Source of the DNA: Epithemia pelagica
Lineage: Eukaryota; Protista; Bacillariophyta
Length of the DNA stretch: 64,000 nt
Assembly (NCBI GenBank): GCA_946965045.2
Contig: OX337228.1
Coordinates: 5,270,001 to 5,334,000 of the forward strand
Direction of reading: 5' to 3'
Part shown: positions 59,628 through 64,000 of the stretch, piece by piece
Numbering within the stretch: the stretch's first letter is position 1
How the letters are laid out: every line of letters starts with the position of its first letter
Translations under genes and position numbers: made by a program
Notes under the pieces: model-generated
What the model was told of the DNA's origin: nothing
Databases searched by the model: none
What the model saw: the letters and a program-made list of their open reading frames with translations, nothing else

Positions 59628-60135
59628 ATATCTACTGATGGACGTTTTAGGTATCCTTAATCACTAAATATGAATCGATTTGTCATCATGGTAGTGCTTC
59701 TACAGTCATTCTTGTTGTGATTATCATCATTGTCGTCGTCCAAGTCCTCGTCATTGTTGTGGCTATCATTGTCGTCGTTGTATTGTAGTCGTCCTTGTTG
59801 TAGCTATCATCGCTCATCCTGTTTGTCCTCTTCATCATCATCGTCATCGTCGTTATCCAGCTTGCCAGTGTCGGTAGTTGGGTCCCGGTTTGCGGGCACG
59901 CCTCGTATGGATGTACGAGGGAGTTTGTGATTGGTCCCAGACGAGCTATGATTCTTATCTCATATTTTGCGTTTTCGACACAACACGACAATGTACTAAA
60001 GTATAATATGAAGGAATAAACTAGTAAATCTTAATGTCATACTGCAACTCAACGTACCATGGTATTCTTTTTCAACAATAACACACTTTTACCACAAGGA
60101 AAGATCTAAGTTTGATCGGCTTCTTTGTTCGCGAT

Positions 60136-62982
60136 CTAAATACCAGGTTTTTTCGTAGCCAGAAGCACTCTACGATAATCACCCTGGACGGCAACGCGAT
60201 GGCCATCGAGCGTAAGGTTAACCCAAATGATCCCACTTGGGCGATCACCAGGAATGTCCTTTTGATGGAAGTAGAACTCTGAAAGCCTTTGTCCAGAAGG
60301 TAGATTGTAGCTGTTCTTTGGCATGGGATCGTGGATGGTCCCATCTTTTCCTTGGTACACGTAAAAATGTGCACGTGGATTTCCCAGCTCTCCAGTCTTA
60401 AAGCCACCAGCATGGACAGTATCTCCTCGAACGAGGAGAAACTTGCCGTACGGGATTTGTACCACGTTACCCAACTCATGCGTATAGTTCTCGCGCTTCT
60501 CAGCACGGTAGCTCCACAATTCAATGGACATACCCTCCTCCGTCAGGGGCATAAAAACAATGAAGGGGATGCGTTCCCGGAGTGGCAGATCTGAGAACGA
60601 TCGCCGAGTCATCCTTTTGCTTTTTTGTTGCTTCCCGGATGGCGTTTTTGGACTCTCGGACATGTTTCCTGTTACGGCCGGGAACAAGAAGTCGATGTGA
60701 GGTTCTTGCACTTCTTCCCGAGTGGATTTCATAAGCGAAAGGTGAATGCTCATTTGGTCTGCAAATGATTCATCTTTTGCGTACTTCATTCCATGGAGAG
60801 CTGAGGCAAGAAACTGCTTGAAATCTGTCGTGACTTTTTGGACATGTTCTGGGTCGCAGTCGTTGAAGTACCGAGTGTTAGCCACCATGCCCTCATGTTC
60901 CATCATCGCCATCAACAAATTTGGGGTGTAGTCTTGAACAGATTTGAAAAAGGTGCCCTTTCCTTTACTGTTCAGGTGTTTGCCTTTCCACACTTGCTCC
61001 AGCAACTGGAGGAGGTCTGGCGGCGTTGTAAAAAAACAGCCTTGATAGATTTTGTTTTCACTATCGTATAGCGATTTGAAATACTTCTTGCGCAATTCTC
61101 TATTTTGCAACATCTGTTGCTTTTGCCATTCACCCTCCTGCATTAACTCGTCGATCGCATTCATCTCCGGAGCAAAAGAATTGTCATCCGACATCTCCTG
61201 ATCAAAAGAATTGTCATCCGTGGTGTCACTTTCTGAAAATTCTGGCAAGGCAATTACTCGTACTAACATTCCAGAAAGGGAGCGATCGGGTCGAGTGGCG
61301 GGTTGAGCTTGTGCTGCAGGTGGGACGGGATTGCTCGGACGCTCCGGTGAACCTACGACCGGCTGGGTCGTGCGTTGTTGTTGCTGCGATAAAGGCAGAG
61401 CCCCCTGGTAACCTCCTCCATAATGGGGTTGATTATAGGACGGGGGATGCCCATGGTAATGCGGCTGAGGATGATGCGGCGGCGGAGGATGATGCGGCGG
61501 AGGATGATACGAAGGAGGATGATGATGATACGAAGGAGGATGATGATGATGATGCGGCGGAGGATGATACGAAGGAGGATGATGACGATGCGGTGGATCA
61601 TAATATGGCGGAGGATGATGACGATGCGGTGGATCATAATATGGCGGAGGATGAGGATGATGCGGTGGATCATAATACGGCGGAGGATGAGGATGATACG
61701 GCGGAGGATGATGTGGTGGCAGCTGAGGGGGCGAATTGTAGTGCCCAGAAACGTCTTGCGGAGGAGGCGGAGAAGGAAGAGCAGGAGGACGAGCAACAGC
61801 AGCAACTGGGCGGAAAACAGTAGTAGAAGAGGTAGCGAAAGCCTTCTTTGTTTTTTTTCCGTCGTCTTCATTTTCATCACTGGGTCGACCGCGTTTCTTT
61901 CCCTCGTCTTCGTCGTCGTCACCTTTCGTCGACGGTCGGATAACCTGTTCGGAGGACGTCGGCGATTCGTCCGAAAGGTTATAAAACAAAGACAGCTCGT
62001 CGCCCTTTTCGATCGGCTTGATTGCCTTGACTAGAAGATTTGGCATGATTCTCACGTTGTAATGATCATCCGATTCATCCGGTGGATTGTCTGTACCGTA
62101 CCGATGGTGTAGGTGGTCGTTGATTAAGTGCAGCCCCATGCCGAAGTGATCGTCGTTGTCTGCTTGAAGCCTTCGATTGTCACGTCCGAACTGAATCGCG
62201 TACTCGTTGGGTACAACTGTCCGAGACGTGACGTCGTTTCCCGTGTACGCACCAATCACTTCACCATCTTTGATTGTCCGAACTGCAAAAACGCCAAACC
62301 CGGCGCCTGGGAGTTTTGACTCCTTCACCTCAAACAGAAGCACTTTTCCAAGGTAGATCTTGACTACCGGATTGTTCGCAAATGTGTAACCGACATGCTT
62401 GCCGATCGGGAAGGTATGTTTTCTGTTCTTCTTGACAGGGAGACTCATTCCACTCGAAAGTGGCACAATCTTCCCCTTTTGCAAGCCAGAACCGGGCTTC
62501 CGAATTGGAGCTTCTTGGACCGAAAAAGTGGCCAAAATCTTCCGTGAGACATACTCTCCCATAGCACAGGCAAGTACAGCACTGTCTTTGATCTTGGAGA
62601 GCGTCTTGAGGCCTTCGGTGAAAGTCCTGATTGGATCCCGTCCAGAACGAGAAGGGAGTTTCTCCACTTCCTCGATGCCTTTCTTGTAGTCCGCTGTGCG
62701 CGTATCGATGAGGAGCTGCCGCATTTGAGTTTCCGAATACTGTTTGCTGTGGTCCTTCTCTGGATGGCCACGCCGAACATCTGCAAGCTTTTTATCCTTC
62801 ACTTTGGCAAAGTCTTGATCCGAAAGAAACCGATGGTGCTTTGTTGTTGTCGCTTCGTCTGTTGCTGCTGCTTCGGGTGCTGCGGCTGCTGCTGCTTCGG
62901 GCGCCGCTGCTGCTTTGGCTGACTGCTCTTCCGCTGCATCTATTGCAAGTATAAGAGCGTCAAGATTTCCTTTGTCACTCAT
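60136..62982 (-). CDS. SET domain + His/Pro/Tyr repeat + 2OG-Fe(II) dioxygenase-like fusion protein (948 aa, intronless)
   Basis: SET: KESKLPGAGFGVFA, IGAYTG, LHLIND, GDELSLFYN. Dioxygenase: EPHIDF, DTVHAGG, NPRAHFY. Confidence 0.8.
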   Translation of the reverse strand: MSDKGNLDALILAIDAAEEQSAKAAAAPEAAAAAAPEAAATDEATTTKHHRFLSDQDFAKVKDKKLADVRRGHPEKDHSKQYSETQMRQLLIDTRTADYKKGIEEVEKLPSRSGRDPIRTFTEGLKTLSKIKDSAVLACAMGEYVSRKILATFSVQEAPIRKPGSGLQKGKIVPLSSGMSLPVKKNRKHTFPIGKHVGYTFANNPVVKIYLGKVLLFEVKESKLPGAGFGVFAVRTIKDGEVIGAYTGNDVTSRTVVPNEYAIQFGRDNRRLQADNDDHFGMGLHLINDHLHHRYGTDNPPDESDDHYNVRIMPNLLVKAIKPIEKGDELSLFYNLSDESPTSSEQVIRPSTKGDDDEDEGKKRGRPSDENEDDGKKTKKAFATSSTTVFRPVAAVARPPALPSPPPPQDVSGHYNSPPQLPPHHPPPYHPHPPPYYDPPHHPHPPPYYDPPHRHHPPPYYDPPHRHHPPSYHPPPHHHHHPPSYHHHPPSYHPPPHHPPPPHHPQPHYHGHPPSYNQPHYGGGYQGALPLSQQQQRTTQPVVGSPERPSNPVPPAAQAQPATRPDRSLSGMLVRVIALPEFSESDTTDDNSFDQEMSDDNSFAPEMNAIDELMQEGEWQKQQMLQNRELRKKYFKSLYDSENKIYQGCFFTTPPDLLQLLEQVWKGKHLNSKGKGTFFKSVQDYTPNLLMAMMEHEGMVANTRYFNDCDPEHVQKVTTDFKQFLASALHGMKYAKDESFADQMSIHLSLMKSTREEVQEPHIDFLFPAVTGNMSESPKTPSGKQQKSKRMTRRSFSDLPLRERIPFIVFMPLTEEGMSIELWSYRAEKRENYTHELGNVVQIPYGKFLLVRGDTVHAGGFKTGELGNPRAHFYVYQGKDGTIHDPMPKNSYNLPSGQRLSEFYFHQKDIPGDRPSGIIWVNLTLDGHRVAVQGDYRRVLLATKKPGI
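61440..61725 (-). repeat. Coding tandem repeat (about 36-nt units) encoding HHPPPYYDPPHR and HHPPSY variants
   Basis: Unit GCGGTGGATCATAATATGGCGGAGGATGATGACGAT occurs three times with small variants, followed by shorter derived units. Confidence 0.9.
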
Positions 62983-63454
62983 GCTGTCTCGTTTTTGAGC
63001 GCCTGCTTTTTAATACTGTTTCTTAGGGCTTGGTTTCCCCATGGTCGAAACGCAAAAACTCGAAACACGAAACACAAGAAACACGAAACGCAGCATTCTC
63101 CTCAGCCCTCAGCTCACATTCCAAAAAAAAAATCTTGAGCTCACATACTAAAAAACGGTGAAGTTTTGGTATGTGGGCTGAGTTACTTAAGGATTTGCGT
63201 GCCAGTTTTGCGATGCGTGCGCGTTTTCGGAGAGGGAGGCGTGTTTCGCGCGAGGTCTGCTCCGAAAATCGTCCATTTTCTCGCTCTCTCACATTTTCGA
63301 GGTACTTACAAACTGATAATCCAACACGCAACACGAGCACGCAACACGGAAGTGATCATTGATACCAATAACTGACAAGAAATACATTCAATAAAATGGA
63401 TTGCTGTTATAAATAGTTAAGTTACATGCATTTTGATGATAAATGGAGATTAGA

Positions 63455-64000
63455 TCAGGTTTCTACTGCACCAGATCCTTGCGTTTCTCTCCAGAGACGT
63501 GAGATGAAGCCATGATCTTGGTCGAAGGCGGATCGGTGACACTTGATTGCTTTTGACATCTTTTCAATTTCGGCATACGAGAGGCCCGCAGCTGCATAGT
63601 CTCTGTTGTTGGAATTTTGATTGTATAACAAGTACGCGAGCATATAGCGACGTGCCTTTGCTGACATTTTCCGCATGATTTCGGGTGTTGTTTTCTTCAG
63701 GCTCGCTGTCAAACATCGTAAAAAGGCAGCTTTGTCTTTCTTCTCATTCAGTGAGAAAGCACGAAAGACTTTTTTTGAGTAACCCCAGCCATACTCGATC
63801 CCCTCACCGGCCATTTCACAGTGATACTTGGTCGATACGAGAATCTCGATCCTGCAACGATGTCGTTCAGACAAGTCTTCCGCCAGCTTCTCCATTGCAG
63901 ATTTTTCGTTCTTGAAATCGGAGCATTCGCTCATCAGATGAACCATAGAGTACTTTTTGTAGTCCGCCTGATAGGCTTCTTTCACAGTCTTCTTATCCGC
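63455..64000 (-). mobile_element. C-terminal part of an IS630/Tc1-mariner-like DDE transposase (5' part outside the window)
   Basis: Frame open to the window edge. SDFKNE and STKYHCEMAGEGIEYGWGYSK (equivalent to PKFHCELNPIExxW), ARRYMLAY and KCHRSAFDQD. Confidence 0.7.

Noticed and set aside
59690-59960. Asp-rich low-complexity tract on the minus strand
   Set aside because: It is interrupted by stops with no start context; at best a decayed remnant.
61311-62034. Plus-strand Arg/Met-rich and Asp-rich ORFs (203 aa and 170 aa)
   Set aside because: They are antisense shadows of the His/Pro repeat in the SET gene.
1-64000. tRNA, rRNA, snRNA and CRISPR arrays
   Set aside because: None recognised by eye; small ncRNAs could be missed without covariance-model searches.

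Overview
Compact, gene-dense eukaryotic nuclear DNA, most likely from a diatom. The evidence is short GT-AG introns of about 55-120 nt, several bipartite signal+transit peptides with F/W at the predicted +1 position, and a DUF6824 gene. About 27 host genes are recognisable, most of them housekeeping: ARF-like GTPase, roadblock, MUS81, severin/gelsolin, ICT1/ArfB, MsrA, mitochondrial carrier, UBC6, YtoQ, TMEM97, QTRT2, thioredoxin, ADSL, CTL, Med4, SF-assemblin-like, AKR, SLP-2, bL25, PTPS-III, TPT and LSm7. Three DNA-transposon regions interrupt them. (1) A full-length TTAA-flanked piggyBac (33811-37754) with hairpin-rich ends and one early nonsense codon. (2) A decayed, CpG-depleted two-gene PIF/Harbinger-like element (about 43551-46410). 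(3) From roughly 55.7 kb to the window end, a region that ends in an IS630/Tc1-mariner-like transposase and contains an intact 948-aa gene fusing a minimal SET domain, a His/Pro/Tyr repeat and an HxD...H...R 2OG-Fe(II) dioxygenase. This last gene is the strongest candidate for an undescribed system, possibly a transposon-borne chromatin writer/eraser. The second-best candidate is a plastid-targeted fusion of a degenerate Ham1/ITPase-like domain with xanthine phosphoribosyltransferase. All calls come from reading motifs by eye; no database search was run.
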